In this document: piece by piece, positions 28,915-38,465 of the stretch | Layout of the letters: each line of letters begins with the position of its first letter | Numbering within the stretch: position 1 is the first letter of the stretch | Source: a virus | IMG/VR virus record: IMGVR_UViG_3300046170_000449 | Location: 1 to 64,000 of that record | Strand: one strand, 5' to 3' | DNA: 64,000 bases | Translations under genes and position numbers: made by a program | Notes under the pieces: model-generated | Databases searched by the model: none | Seen by the model: only the letters and a program-made list of their open reading frames with translations | Told to the model about the DNA's origin: nothing

Positions 28915-31900
28915 ATGCCTAGACCCGGAAGAGCCCCAGGCAAAAGCCTAGCATGGCATGCAGGAAATAATGGCGAGAATAAAAAGATGGGCCACCTGTC
29001 GTGGTCTTCTGCTTACAACGATGGCTACACCAACAATGAGATAATTAACTGGATTAACGGTGATCCAGGTAATCGTAAAGCATTTAATTTATATAACCAA
29101 GCAATACAATTGCGTAATGTCTCTGAACAACTTAGTGGCACAGTTGATTTAATTTATCTACAACAACTTGGTAGAGAAGCAGACGATGGCGGTAGATTAA
29201 ATAAGATGGAAAATTTTGAAAGGTACTTCATAGAACAAGGAAGAAATAACCCTAATTTAGGTACTGCTACTAAAAGAGATAGGGCCTACAATCGAATGCG
29301 TACAGGTATGGCGAACAGCGCCGAAGGGCAAAACACACAACAAGTAGCTAAAAATGCTTATGAAACTTTCTTAGGTAGGCCATGGACACCAGCAGACGGC
29401 CAAGCTGCATTGAATCAATCAGCACTGGAAATCATGAAAAGTGTTGAGGCGGGTCAATTCAGACAATCTTTGGAATCGTATGGAAAAAGTTATGGAGGAG
29501 GAGGAACTGTTAAGTATGACAGTAGTCAGGCAAAAGGTTATTACGGAAATGGTTATCAATTAGGTTTACTAACTAAGTGGAAACAAGTCGGTAGAAACAG
29601 TAATCAAATTATTCCTTCGCAGCAAATTTTACAGTACAACCCTAGTACAAAAAATTTAGAATATACCAAGGGAGCTAGTAAATTATTAGGCAATCAAGCT
29701 AGACAAAAATACAATAAAATCATTAACGATTTTAGGCGTAGTAAAGGTGGTAATTATAAACAAATAATGAGTACTTTTAAGGGCTTGGACTCAGTTGCTA
29801 AAGCGCATTTTAATAAAACTGATAGAAAAGCTACTGAAGCGTACTACACACAGCAAAAAATTAGAAACCCTTGGACGTATAAAAAGAATGGAGTCAAACC
29901 GCCCACAGGGGGCTTTGATTTTAACTACTACATGAAACAGGGGAATAACAATAAAACCCTTAATCGTCAATGGAATGCAGCCAAGAATAACAAGATTGGA
30001 GGTTATTCATTTGCTGACTTGGATATTACTGCACGCTACGCAAATTTAACCACTTACGCTCAAGCAGACTACAGTCAAAGAGTAAAATCAGAACCTACAT
30101 TAAGAGCAAATGCAGCAGCAGACATTGGCGAATACAGTGAAGCATACGATGATTTAACTGATGCTCAACAGCAGCTATATCGAGACGAGCTCCTAGGACT
30201 AACCAAAAAGGGAGCTAGTGGACAGTTATCGATTGACTACACCGATGATCAAGCAGAGAATTCTAGATTTGAAAATCAAGTTTTAAGCAATCTATCGGGA
30301 CAAGAACTGTTAGAGCAGGATAAGTTTGGAACATTAACGCAAGACTCATTAAAATTTGCAGCAGACAAATTAAAAGAACAGCAGGAGAACGAGAGGACCC
30401 TGGATCTGTACAAAAACCTACCTGGGTTTAATGAAATTTATTCTGCTAATTCTTCGCTAGCTAATTCACTCCTAGGAGATAGCGGTATAGGTGGCTATCT
30501 TTCCATGCTAGGTAAAGACACAGAGGCAATCCAAGAAGACTTAGAGGAACAGTTTGCAGGTGTCACTGGTATACCTAGTAATAACAGCACCATTTTTAAT
30601 TGGCAGAAATGGTTTGACGAAGAGATGGTCAAACGATATGACGAGATGGAAACCATTACGGTTGAGTTTGATGATACTATTACCGATTTAGATTTAAATT
30701 CTGAGACAGGAAAAATACAATATGAAATTCAACTCACTCGTATGGGGATTGATCCTTATGATGAAGACGGTAATTTAATTGATAAATCAGTTGCATTAGA
30801 AACACTAGAAGCTAATAACTTCCAACGTATCTACGAAATCGATGAAAACTTTAAAACTAATTTTATTGAAAATTATTTAAAGCCACGCTTTGATCAATCT
30901 AAATCCATGGATGAGTTCATCTCTTATATGGATGTAAAAGAAGATGAACAAAACATTTTCCAGACACAAAGTGCTCTTGATAGTCTAAAAACATTAGCTA
31001 GTAAACAATCACGGTTACTTCTGGAAAACATCCAAGATCTCCCTGGAGATTTCAATTATAAATTTTACTTTAATCCTGATGATGAGAACGAAGTAAAACA
31101 AAGCACATACAATATTCAGAAACGGCAAGTGACACGTGATTGGGAAAAGGCAAAGAAGAAAGGTAACAGCATTCCTCCAGGGCAAGTTGCTGATAAGAAT
31201 GGTAATAATTATACCTGGAATCAGTGGGCATATTTCTACGGTTTAAATATCAATAACAAGCAGGAGTTTGCACGCTTACATTACAAAGTGGTTGGCGCTG
31301 CAAAAGGTTTTGATCCTGCGGCTGATATTCTTACCCAGGAAAAAGTCGATGATTACTTCGTTGATAATGTTGTACCTGCACTTAATGATGCTCGTTTAGA
31401 TCTCGACAGCGCCACCTTCATGAACTTCGTGACGCCAGAGCAGTTTGCTGATGAGGTTCTACGTGGCATTGATCCAGAGAAAGACGAGGAGGCTTGGAAA
31501 AAAGTCTTGGATATGTATGGCCTAGAAGGAACAGAAGCCATTGACGAGGTCCGTAATGTAATTATTGAAGCTGTACGAACAGGATCAGCCCAACGGATCC
31601 GAGAGTCAATTAAATTCTTAAATGAGAAAAAGAAAACACCTACGCAAAAAGAACTAGGCGTCAACTACATTGAGCGGGAATCAGATAAGAAATTTGTTGA
31701 AGATGAGAATGCCACAGAGTTGTACAAAGTATTTCAGAATGCAGGCTATTCAGGTACTGAAGACGAGTTCTTTGATACGTTTATGCCAGACGCAGACAGG
31801 GCCGATCTCGATTTTATACAACGAGGTTTAAGTGGCGATTTTGAACTTAAAGATATTAACACTGAGGATCCGTTTGAAGCATTAGCCAGTGTTGGAAGCT

Positions 31901-32067
31901 TTCTTGGCGACGGTGGAAATATTTTTGGCACAGATTCTGATAATGAAAATCAAGATAAAAACGACACAGAAGATAGTTACTTTAATTTTTTTGATGATGA
32001 GGATGATGATTATGCCTCAGATACTGGACGATCTATAATTAATGGGTATACAGATTTTTTTAAATAA
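28915..32067 (+). CDS. large virion-region protein
   Basis: 1050 aa, basic N-half with DUF4214-like YxxxLGR motifs, acidic C-half. Confidence 0.6.
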   Translation: MPRPGRAPGKSLAWHAGNNGENKKMGHLSWSSAYNDGYTNNEIINWINGDPGNRKAFNLYNQAIQLRNVSEQLSGTVDLIYLQQLGREADDGGRLNKMENFERYFIEQGRNNPNLGTATKRDRAYNRMRTGMANSAEGQNTQQVAKNAYETFLGRPWTPADGQAALNQSALEIMKSVEAGQFRQSLESYGKSYGGGGTVKYDSSQAKGYYGNGYQLGLLTKWKQVGRNSNQIIPSQQILQYNPSTKNLEYTKGASKLLGNQARQKYNKIINDFRRSKGGNYKQIMSTFKGLDSVAKAHFNKTDRKATEAYYTQQKIRNPWTYKKNGVKPPTGGFDFNYYMKQGNNNKTLNRQWNAAKNNKIGGYSFADLDITARYANLTTYAQADYSQRVKSEPTLRANAAADIGEYSEAYDDLTDAQQQLYRDELLGLTKKGASGQLSIDYTDDQAENSRFENQVLSNLSGQELLEQDKFGTLTQDSLKFAADKLKEQQENERTLDLYKNLPGFNEIYSANSSLANSLLGDSGIGGYLSMLGKDTEAIQEDLEEQFAGVTGIPSNNSTIFNWQKWFDEEMVKRYDEMETITVEFDDTITDLDLNSETGKIQYEIQLTRMGIDPYDEDGNLIDKSVALETLEANNFQRIYEIDENFKTNFIENYLKPRFDQSKSMDEFISYMDVKEDEQNIFQTQSALDSLKTLASKQSRLLLENIQDLPGDFNYKFYFNPDDENEVKQSTYNIQKRQVTRDWEKAKKKGNSIPPGQVADKNGNNYTWNQWAYFYGLNINNKQEFARLHYKVVGAAKGFDPAADILTQEKVDDYFVDNVVPALNDARLDLDSATFMNFVTPEQFADEVLRGIDPEKDEEAWKKVLDMYGLEGTEAIDEVRNVIIEAVRTGSAQRIRESIKFLNEKKKTPTQKELGVNYIERESDKKFVEDENATELYKVFQNAGYSGTEDEFFDTFMPDADRADLDFIQRGLSGDFELKDINTEDPFEALASVGSFLGDGGNIFGTDSDNENQDKNDTEDSYFNFFDDEDDDYASDTGRSIINGYTDFFK

Positions 32068-32072
32068 TATAA

Positions 32073-32369
32073 ATGTCTAAAGCAAAGAAAGCTGCTAGTG
32101 CAGCCAAGCTGCATAAAGATAAAATGGCATGTAATAAACCAAAGAAAACACCTGGTCATAAAACTAAATCGCATGTCGTAAAAGCATGTGAAGATGGTAA
32201 AGAAAAGATTATTCGTTTCGGCCAGCAAGGAGTTAAAGGAGCAGGAAAGAATCCAAAGACAGCCAAAGACAAAGCACGTAAAAAATCATATTATGCACGG
32301 CATAACGCACAAGATAGTAAACCAAGTAAAATGAGTGCTAGGTACTGGTCACACAAGGTAAAATGGTAA
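32073..32369 (+). CDS. small basic protein
   Basis: KIIRFGQQG...RKKSYYARH...SARYWS pattern found in many phages. Confidence 0.7.
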   Translation: MSKAKKAASAAKLHKDKMACNKPKKTPGHKTKSHVVKACEDGKEKIIRFGQQGVKGAGKNPKTAKDKARKKSYYARHNAQDSKPSKMSARYWSHKVKW

Positions 32370-32554
32370 TGAATTTAGCAGGAAAATATCAATAACAAAT
32401 GCCTACCCTTCAAGAAGGTTTAAATCATTTAAAAGGTAAATTAAGAAATCTTGCACCAGGTAGTTTAGAGTATCAACATATATTAAATATGATTGGAGAG
32501 TTTGAAAAGGATATGGCTATGGTTGCTAAAGATACTCAACAGTACATAAGGTAA
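32369..32554 (+). pseudogene. small gene with in-frame TAA (CAA-TAA-CAA); pseudogene or recoded
   Basis: MNLAGKYQ*QMPTLQEG...QYIR*; TAATG-coupled start, stop at 32393-32395, second ATG at 32399. Confidence 0.5.
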
Positions 32555-32583
32555 AGTGGTGATAAAATTTACTTTTTAAACCC

Positions 32584-32697
32584 ATGAAAAAAGGTGGCGG
32601 CTACATTGTTGGCACTCCCAAAAAAACAAAGCAAGGACAAGGAAAGCATTCCAGGCCAAATCACGGACGTAAAAAACTCCGTGGACAAGGAAAATGA
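32584..32697 (+). CDS. small basic protein (not in ORF track)
   Basis: 37 aa ...PKKTKQGQGKHSRP...KKLRGQGK, a common cyanophage type. Confidence 0.65.
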   Translation: MKKGGGYIVGTPKKTKQGQGKHSRPNHGRKKLRGQGK

Positions 32698-32726
32698 GTT
32701 ATTATTAAATTGATTTAAATAAAACA

Positions 32727-33386
32727 ATGCCCTCATTAAAGGAAGCCCTTAGGCTAATTAAAACTTTTGAGGGCTTTAATGAAAAGGCTTTCTCTGATCC
32801 TACAACGGGTGAGGAAGAGTACATCATTGGCTACGGCACTACCTACTACCCAGATGGCACGCAGGTGCGTCAGGGGCACCTATGCACAGAGCACAAGGCT
32901 GAAGAGTATTTAAAAAACGAAACAGATCTTATCGCAAGTGAAATTCTTAAGCTGAATCTTGGTTTAGATGCTTGCATGCTTAATGCCCTCGTATCGTTTG
33001 TGCATTCAGTAGGCTGGGAACCTTTTCTATATAGCAGTATTATCGATTGTTGCGAGCAAGAGAATTATGTAGATGCTGGTAGGGAAATTACAAAGTGGGT
33101 TTATGGTAACGATCATAAAATAATTGGTACTCTCGTTGATCGTCGGAGACATGAAGTAGACCTTTTCATGTCAGAGTACAATTCAAATGCCTGGACCTCA
33201 AACGATATTTTGCTAAAAGCTTTTCGTAACTATACAGCAGCCCCTTGCCAAGTTCGTGCCATCAGAAAACTACAAGAAAGGGTAGATCCGTATACACTGT
33301 CAGAGTTTGCGAATGATTTTGATGTCCACAATAATCCTTATATGGATTTTTCATCAGATGAGTTTGACTCTATTTTCACGTTTTAG
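32727..33386 (+). CDS. lysozyme (GH24)
   Basis: LIKTFEG...IIGYGTT...ALVSF...LVDRRRHEVDLF. Confidence 0.85.
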   Translation: MPSLKEALRLIKTFEGFNEKAFSDPTTGEEEYIIGYGTTYYPDGTQVRQGHLCTEHKAEEYLKNETDLIASEILKLNLGLDACMLNALVSFVHSVGWEPFLYSSIIDCCEQENYVDAGREITKWVYGNDHKIIGTLVDRRRHEVDLFMSEYNSNAWTSNDILLKAFRNYTAAPCQVRAIRKLQERVDPYTLSEFANDFDVHNNPYMDFSSDEFDSIFTF

Positions 33387-33418
33387 GCTTAAAATATAAA
33401 GACAACGAAGACTAACAA

Positions 33419-33712
33419 ATGGACGAGACAAATACTGATACGCAAAAATTTGATATGCCTTTACATTTAGAGCTTGCAATGCGCAAGGCTGAGTTAGATT
33501 CTATGGAAATGACATGGGATCAACTACAGCTTGCTTTGTTAAACTTGTTTCATAAACGCTTGATCGAAACACAAGCAATCAAAGACATGTTGTTAGCAGA
33601 AAATATTGAATTAGAATTTGACGTGCCAACGCATATTGAATTAACGCAATTGGCACTGACGACGATGCAAGACGATGAAGATGAAGAAGACTTTCAACCC
33701 TTCTTTGGTTGA
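33419..33712 (+). CDS. hypothetical acidic protein
   Basis: 97-aa ATG ORF. Confidence 0.6.
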   Translation: MDETNTDTQKFDMPLHLELAMRKAELDSMEMTWDQLQLALLNLFHKRLIETQAIKDMLLAENIELEFDVPTHIELTQLALTTMQDDEDEEDFQPFFG

Positions 33713-33988
33713 TCAGCTCTTTTTCTTTTTACCACGCATACTACGCAGGTGCTCCATTCTTTCCTTCATGGATTGTTTTGGACCACCTTCTTTTTTACCT
33801 ACTTCTGCACGATCTCCGCGACCCTCTTTCTTTAAGCCACGTACTTCTGCACGAAGCCTCTTGTTTTCTTCTCGTAATTTAGAGTCACCTGTTTTACTTG
33901 CAGGTCTAGCTGCAGGACGAGCCGGACGCTTACTTCCACCAGCTGCAGGACGAGCTGGACGCTTAGAAATTGGTGCCATTGTAGTCAC
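33713..33988 (-). CDS. small highly basic protein with internal SKRPARPAA repeat
   Basis: K/R-rich; near-identical ~23-nt direct repeat at about 33909 and 33942. Confidence 0.65.
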   Translation of the reverse strand: MTTMAPISKRPARPAAGGSKRPARPAARPASKTGDSKLREENKRLRAEVRGLKKEGRGDRAEVGKKEGGPKQSMKERMEHLRSMRGKKKKS

Positions 33989-34020
33989 TCAAGTACCTTC
34001 CTAGTTTAGAAGTACTACTG

Positions 34021-34206
34021 CTAATACCAACCAGGAGGAGGAAGAACATCTGGAGGAATAAGATTTTTCCCGCATCTACGACTGAGATTATGCAGCACTT
34101 TTGTTTTATGTTCTCTACTAAGAACAGGTGTATGGATGATTTCCCAGGCGACCTCCGCACAAAGCTTTACGGGCAATGGCGGAGGATTGTATTGAAGACT
34201 CACCAC
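34021..34206 (-). CDS. hypothetical protein
   Basis: fills gap after hli, GTG start overlapping hli stop. Confidence 0.5.
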   Translation of the reverse strand: MVSLQYNPPPLPVKLCAEVAWEIIHTPVLSREHKTKVLHNLSRRCGKNLIPPDVLPPPGWY

Positions 34207-34391
34207 ACGCCAGGAATCAATTGGCCTGTGGAGGCGTAGGCACCAATAGCAGCCATCACACCTAACATCGCAAACCGCCCGTTAAGGCGCTCTGCTAAAA
34301 CACTATGCTCTTCAAGTGTTTCCATGACCTTCATCTCAGGCTCTTTAGCAAACACGTTGTGTTGTCCGTGTTCGTTCTTGGTTACTGTCAT
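34200..34391 (-). CDS. hli: high-light-inducible protein
   Basis: AERLNGRFAMLG chlorophyll-binding motif and TGQLIPG C-terminus. Confidence 0.95.
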   Translation of the reverse strand: MTVTKNEHGQHNVFAKEPEMKVMETLEEHSVLAERLNGRFAMLGVMAAIGAYASTGQLIPGVW

Positions 34392-34410
34392 AACACTTAA
34401 AAATGTGTTC

Positions 34411-34869
34411 TCAGTCTAAATCAAGAAGCCTGTTGAGGTACCATTGACATTTCTGAACTGACTGGCGACCACCTTTATATTTTTCTCTCCACAAATATTT
34501 AACGCAGTTCCCCTTTAAATAACCTTTATATTCTTCTGGTGTTAGTTGGGCCTCAATTGCTTCAATGCATTCAATGCCACCATTAGTTGTGTAATGTACT
34601 GGATGATTCACATCATCTTTCGTTGCCCAAGGCACAGGACAAATACCCCCTGGGCAATCTGAAATATCTTCTTGATTTAAATCGCCAGATTCTGAAGGAC
34701 TGATCCCGACCGGTTTAAACCAGCCTTCAGCTTCCTTTGGTTGGTCGTTGCCACTGCTTGCTCTTCGGGGGAGAGCTGCCCCATGTCCACCAAGAGCTGT
34801 CGTGGTTGTGGTGTCGCTCCCTGCATTATTCCCTCTTCCGCCGATGGAATCGCTCCTGTTACTCCGCAT
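34411..34869 (-). CDS. DUF3310 family protein (start uncertain, probably downstream of 34869)
   Basis: DDVNHPVHY...IECIEAI...KGNCVKYLWR...KCQWYL. Confidence 0.75.
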   Translation of the reverse strand: MRSNRSDSIGGRGNNAGSDTTTTTALGGHGAALPRRASSGNDQPKEAEGWFKPVGISPSESGDLNQEDISDCPGGICPVPWATKDDVNHPVHYTTNGGIECIEAIEAQLTPEEYKGYLKGNCVKYLWREKYKGGRQSVQKCQWYLNRLLDLD

Positions 34870-35072
34870 CTTGGTTGTGCTCTAGGATCAATAGCTAAAT
34901 TAGCACGATCCGACATATCTTGCTGAGTTACAGCTAAACCAGTGTTGTACTGGTCGTACATAGGAACATCATTTGCTTCATTATCTAATGGCTGACCAAT
35001 ATCATTCATATCAACCATGCGTTGACGAAGAGTATCGTTCTCTTCCATAAAGGCACTAAGAAAGCCGTCCAT
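34677..35072 (-). CDS. hypothetical protein
   Basis: 131-aa ATG ORF, AGGA upstream. Confidence 0.55.
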   Translation of the reverse strand: MDGFLSAFMEENDTLRQRMVDMNDIGQPLDNEANDVPMYDQYNTGLAVTQQDMSDRANLAIDPRAQPRCGVTGAIPSAEEGIMQGATPQPRQLLVDMGQLSPEEQAVATTNQRKLKAGLNRSGSVLQNLAI

Positions 35073-35118
35073 TGTTATATTGTCCTGGGTTAAACTTAAT
35101 TATAAGTTATAGAATCTG

Positions 35119-35448
35119 ATGGTAGCAGGCACTTCTGGCGGAGGCGTTAGCGATTTAAATCCTGAAAGAGCTTACGACGTTGACGCTCGTCGCCTAGATG
35201 AAACTGAGAGGAGAATTGATCGTGCTGCGGACACAAGCAACGATCGCAAGCAAGATCGTGTTGGTAAGTTTCTGAGATCAGCACGTTCAGCTGGAAAGTT
35301 TCAACAGAAGCGTCAGATTGATGCACCATGGATGAATCGTGAGGGACAAGTCCCTGCGTTCACTGAAGGAGATCAGTTTGGCAGGGCCGGCTCAACGAAC
35401 TATGCAGATAAACCGCAACCGTCAACCAGTAGGCTCTATAACAATTGA
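35119..35448 (+). CDS. hypothetical protein
   Basis: 109 aa, divergent from 35072, fills gap. Confidence 0.6.
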   Translation: MVAGTSGGGVSDLNPERAYDVDARRLDETERRIDRAADTSNDRKQDRVGKFLRSARSAGKFQQKRQIDAPWMNREGQVPAFTEGDQFGRAGSTNYADKPQPSTSRLYNN

Positions 35449-35465
35449 GCCTTTAACTAGTCTAC

Positions 35466-36050
35466 TTAAACTTTAGATAAAACAACTTTGTAAGGTTGCT
35501 TGTTATACTTTCCTTTTCTTTCTAAGTAAGACACTTCACAAGGATCACCTTCATAGAACAAGAGCTGACAGATGCCCTCATTAGCATAAATTTTATTAAA
35601 CAAGCTAGTACAATTACTAATCTCTAACGTTAAATGACCCTCCCAGCCTGCCTCCGCTGGTGTAATGTTGACGAGGATACCTGAACGCGCATACGTCGAT
35701 TTGCCAACTGCAACAACTGTGACGTTCCTGGGAAGACAAAGATGCTCCATAGCAACGCCAAGGCAATAACCATATGGCGGGATAATGAAGTATTTTCCTT
35801 TCTCATCTTCGTGTAGTTCAGTCTCTTTTAAGATTTCAGGATCAAAGTTTTTAGCATCGCATACACCGTGTTGGACACCACCAAAAAGAAGGCACTGACT
35901 AGGCGACAACCGAATATCGTACCCATAACTCGATAAACCATAGCTTAGAATCGGCGTATTGTTTTCTGTGCTTATCAGTTTACCTTGGAAGGGTTCAATC
36001 ATACCTTCTTCTGCAAATCTTTTGATCTGCTTATCGCTTAGAACTGACAT
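35466..36050 (-). CDS. dcd: dCTP deaminase
   Basis: LSYGLSSYGYDIRL, GKSTYARSG, TPAEAGWEGHLTLE, NEGICQLLF. Confidence 0.95.
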   Translation of the reverse strand: MSVLSDKQIKRFAEEGMIEPFQGKLISTENNTPILSYGLSSYGYDIRLSPSQCLLFGGVQHGVCDAKNFDPEILKETELHEDEKGKYFIIPPYGYCLGVAMEHLCLPRNVTVVAVGKSTYARSGILVNITPAEAGWEGHLTLEISNCTSLFNKIYANEGICQLLFYEGDPCEVSYLERKGKYNKQPYKVVLSKV

Positions 36051-36074
36051 GCTTGCCGCTTGAGTGATCCAACT

Positions 36075-36671
36075 CTACAGCAAAATCCTACCTTTTTCAC
36101 CGTAGATATCACAAAAATCTTCAGTCGCTTTCTCAATATTGTCTTTAGGTTGTAAATAAATAATTGCACTAGCGCCTGTAGTGCGAGAGTCTGTCGTGTC
36201 ATCACCAAAGTAATGGCGTAACAATTTCGGACGGGACTTTAAAATACACACAGGGTGATCAAAGATATCCTGAGAGTAAATCACAAGATCGATATAGTTA
36301 GTAAAAAAGATTGCTTGTTCAACATTCCCGATCAGCCATTGGTGCTTTAAAGTTTTCCACCAGATAGCAGAGCCTGAAGTCAATGTAGGGGACAGACCCC
36401 TGGTTGGAATCCACCGTGCTTCATATTTGTTGTAGTACAAACAAGCAGGTGGATGGAAACAATAAACCTTTCCAAACCAGCGGGCTTCATTGATTGGATC
36501 GTCTTTAGCCGTAAAGAACTTATCAGCTCCTACGTAAGTGTTAGCAAACTCTGAGCTAGCAGGATCCAAATCGATGTTACCCATAAGCATATGAGCGCTG
36601 TCAATAAGGTCTCGGTTACTGATCCACTCATAGCCTTCGACTCGGATGTTGTTAGCTCTTCGAACCGTCAT
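36075..36671 (-). CDS. phage Dam-like DNA N6-adenine methyltransferase (possibly degenerate)
   Basis: IDLDPASS...WFGKVYCFHPP, with NPPY replaced by HPPA. Confidence 0.55.
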   Translation of the reverse strand: MTVRRANNIRVEGYEWISNRDLIDSAHMLMGNIDLDPASSEFANTYVGADKFFTAKDDPINEARWFGKVYCFHPPACLYYNKYEARWIPTRGLSPTLTSGSAIWWKTLKHQWLIGNVEQAIFFTNYIDLVIYSQDIFDHPVCILKSRPKLLRHYFGDDTTDSRTTGASAIIYLQPKDNIEKATEDFCDIYGEKGRILL

Positions 36672-37039
36672 TCTGAAGCCTGGTTATAGTCGATGTTAAA
36701 GTATCGCAGCCCTTGGTGATCGTTGATAATGTAACCAGCGCCAGCTGCAGGGTCGATTTTTTGAGCTGCTTCAAGGATCCTTTTAAACGTTTCTTTGAGT
36801 TCACCATCAGAGGTCTCTTCAGCAGAGTGTAACTCTTTCAATGTTAACCAAAACATAGATCTTTCGCTACTAGTTGGCTGAAAGCACATAACCCCTGGGC
36901 CTTCTGTCTCCCAGAATTTAATGCTCTGCTCCCCCATATCACCTAACAAAAGCTTAATAGTGGCATCAGCATACTTAGCACTGGCAGGATCCATGTCCTT
37001 ACCAATGACTGAGGCTAACAAGTCTTCGCGTCTACTCAT
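36668..37039 (-). CDS. hypothetical protein
   Basis: 123 aa, overlapping neighbours. Confidence 0.65.
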   Translation of the reverse strand: MSRREDLLASVIGKDMDPASAKYADATIKLLLGDMGEQSIKFWETEGPGVMCFQPTSSERSMFWLTLKELHSAEETSDGELKETFKRILEAAQKIDPAAGAGYIINDHQGLRYFNIDYNQASE

Positions 37040-37493
37040 GGCTCAATAGTTTTTGACGGTTTAATACCGTGAGCATCTTTGGTAATGGTTCATAGATAAC
37101 AACCATCTTTCCTAGGACACCACGTTTTTTTATTAGCTTACCATTGTCATCGCGCATTTTGGAAAGTTCGCCTGCCCGTATAAGATACTCGGCAACACAA
37201 CGCAATCTACGCTTCAAGGGCAGGTCAGCATTAGGAAAACGACTACAGATTGTCTCTGGAATCATATCAGAAAAGGCCAGTCGTAATCGATTGGCTAATG
37301 TCATATTGCTATTTGGATCTTCGATTTCAAAATCTCGGATCATTCTGATGTAACGCTGTAGAGTTGCGTCATCAAAAGAACCAGTGGGAGGGAGAAAGGG
37401 TGCGACCTGTTGCGCCAAACTTTCTGGTAGATACGACTCGTAATTTTTTAATGTTAAAACATCAATCAGGATAGAGTCAAAGCGATGTTTCAT
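37032..37493 (-). CDS. hypothetical protein
   Basis: 153 aa, overlapping neighbours. Confidence 0.65.
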   Translation of the reverse strand: MKHRFDSILIDVLTLKNYESYLPESLAQQVAPFLPPTGSFDDATLQRYIRMIRDFEIEDPNSNMTLANRLRLAFSDMIPETICSRFPNADLPLKRRLRCVAEYLIRAGELSKMRDDNGKLIKKRGVLGKMVVIYEPLPKMLTVLNRQKLLSHE

Positions 37494-37942
37494 TTATTTT
37501 GCCCCTCATTTTCTTTTAATGTTTCAAAGAAATCTCTATTGTTTTCGTATAGGTTAGGTCCATCAGGGTTATCAAAAGTACGCAGGCTAGCTTCTGGTCC
37601 TTTCGAGTATGTCAAAATCAATTGATTCCAAGGAATCCTGACCATTTCTTTTTTTGTTCCTACAGGGATAACGATGTAATGGATACCTTGAGTCCAACCT
37701 TTAAACCTTTGACCAGGTTGTTTTTTCTTACCTTGTAAGATCCAATTGCGAATCGTCTGATCAGTTACACCTAAACGCTTTGCACACTCTTCTGTAGAGA
37801 CATATTCATCTGCATAGATTTCAGGACTGACTTGATCTGTTTCTTTATTTGAATATCGCGAATGCCACATAGAAGCAAGGATATTTCTAATACCTTTAAG
37901 TTCTGCGGCTATTGCTTGCAGGTCTTTATTTGTTTCAGCCAT
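37490..37942 (-). CDS. HTH DNA-binding protein (excisionase/MerR-like)
   Basis: YVSTEECAKRLGVTDQTIRNWI. Confidence 0.75.
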   Translation of the reverse strand: MAETNKDLQAIAAELKGIRNILASMWHSRYSNKETDQVSPEIYADEYVSTEECAKRLGVTDQTIRNWILQGKKKQPGQRFKGWTQGIHYIVIPVGTKKEMVRIPWNQLILTYSKGPEASLRTFDNPDGPNLYENNRDFFETLKENEGQNK

Positions 37943-37984
37943 ATCAAATAAGTGTTACACTTTTACAAAGATACAACTTTATCC

Positions 37985-38425
37985 GTGGAAGAGCAAGTAC
38001 CGGCCAGTCAACCACCTGGTAATTACTACGAAAATCCAGAAGGTCCAAGATATCAAAATCCTGCTGAATACGATCAAGCAGCTCAACAACCACCACAACA
38101 ACCAGGGGTGGTTTATAACCGACCAGATTTCAAGGCAATGCGAGAACAGGCATTGCAAGATGCCATTGCACAGGTAACTGAAAGGCAAGCTACAGGTCAA
38201 GTACCCCAGCAGTTCGTGCAAGTACCAGCTCCTATCCCTGCTCCTGTCCCACAGGTTTTACAACCTCCAGCTGCAAAACCTCAAGTTATTTATGTAAGAC
38301 GCAACTTAACTTGGGCAGAGCTTATTCTTATTTTTGCTATTTCAACAGGTTGTGTTCTAGGCATCCAAGGCATCTGGACCCTGGCAACAGACATTTTACC
38401 AAGGATTGAAATTAAAGATAAATAA
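37985..38425 (+). CDS. Pro/Gln-rich protein with C-terminal TM segment
   Basis: GTG at 37985 likely start; ELILIFAISTGCVLGIQGIW hydrophobic segment. Confidence 0.55.
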   Translation: MEEQVPASQPPGNYYENPEGPRYQNPAEYDQAAQQPPQQPGVVYNRPDFKAMREQALQDAIAQVTERQATGQVPQQFVQVPAPIPAPVPQVLQPPAAKPQVIYVRRNLTWAELILIFAISTGCVLGIQGIWTLATDILPRIEIKDK

Positions 38426-38465
38426 GCCAGCTTATAATTAAGTATAAGACTTGGCTTAAAGTAGG

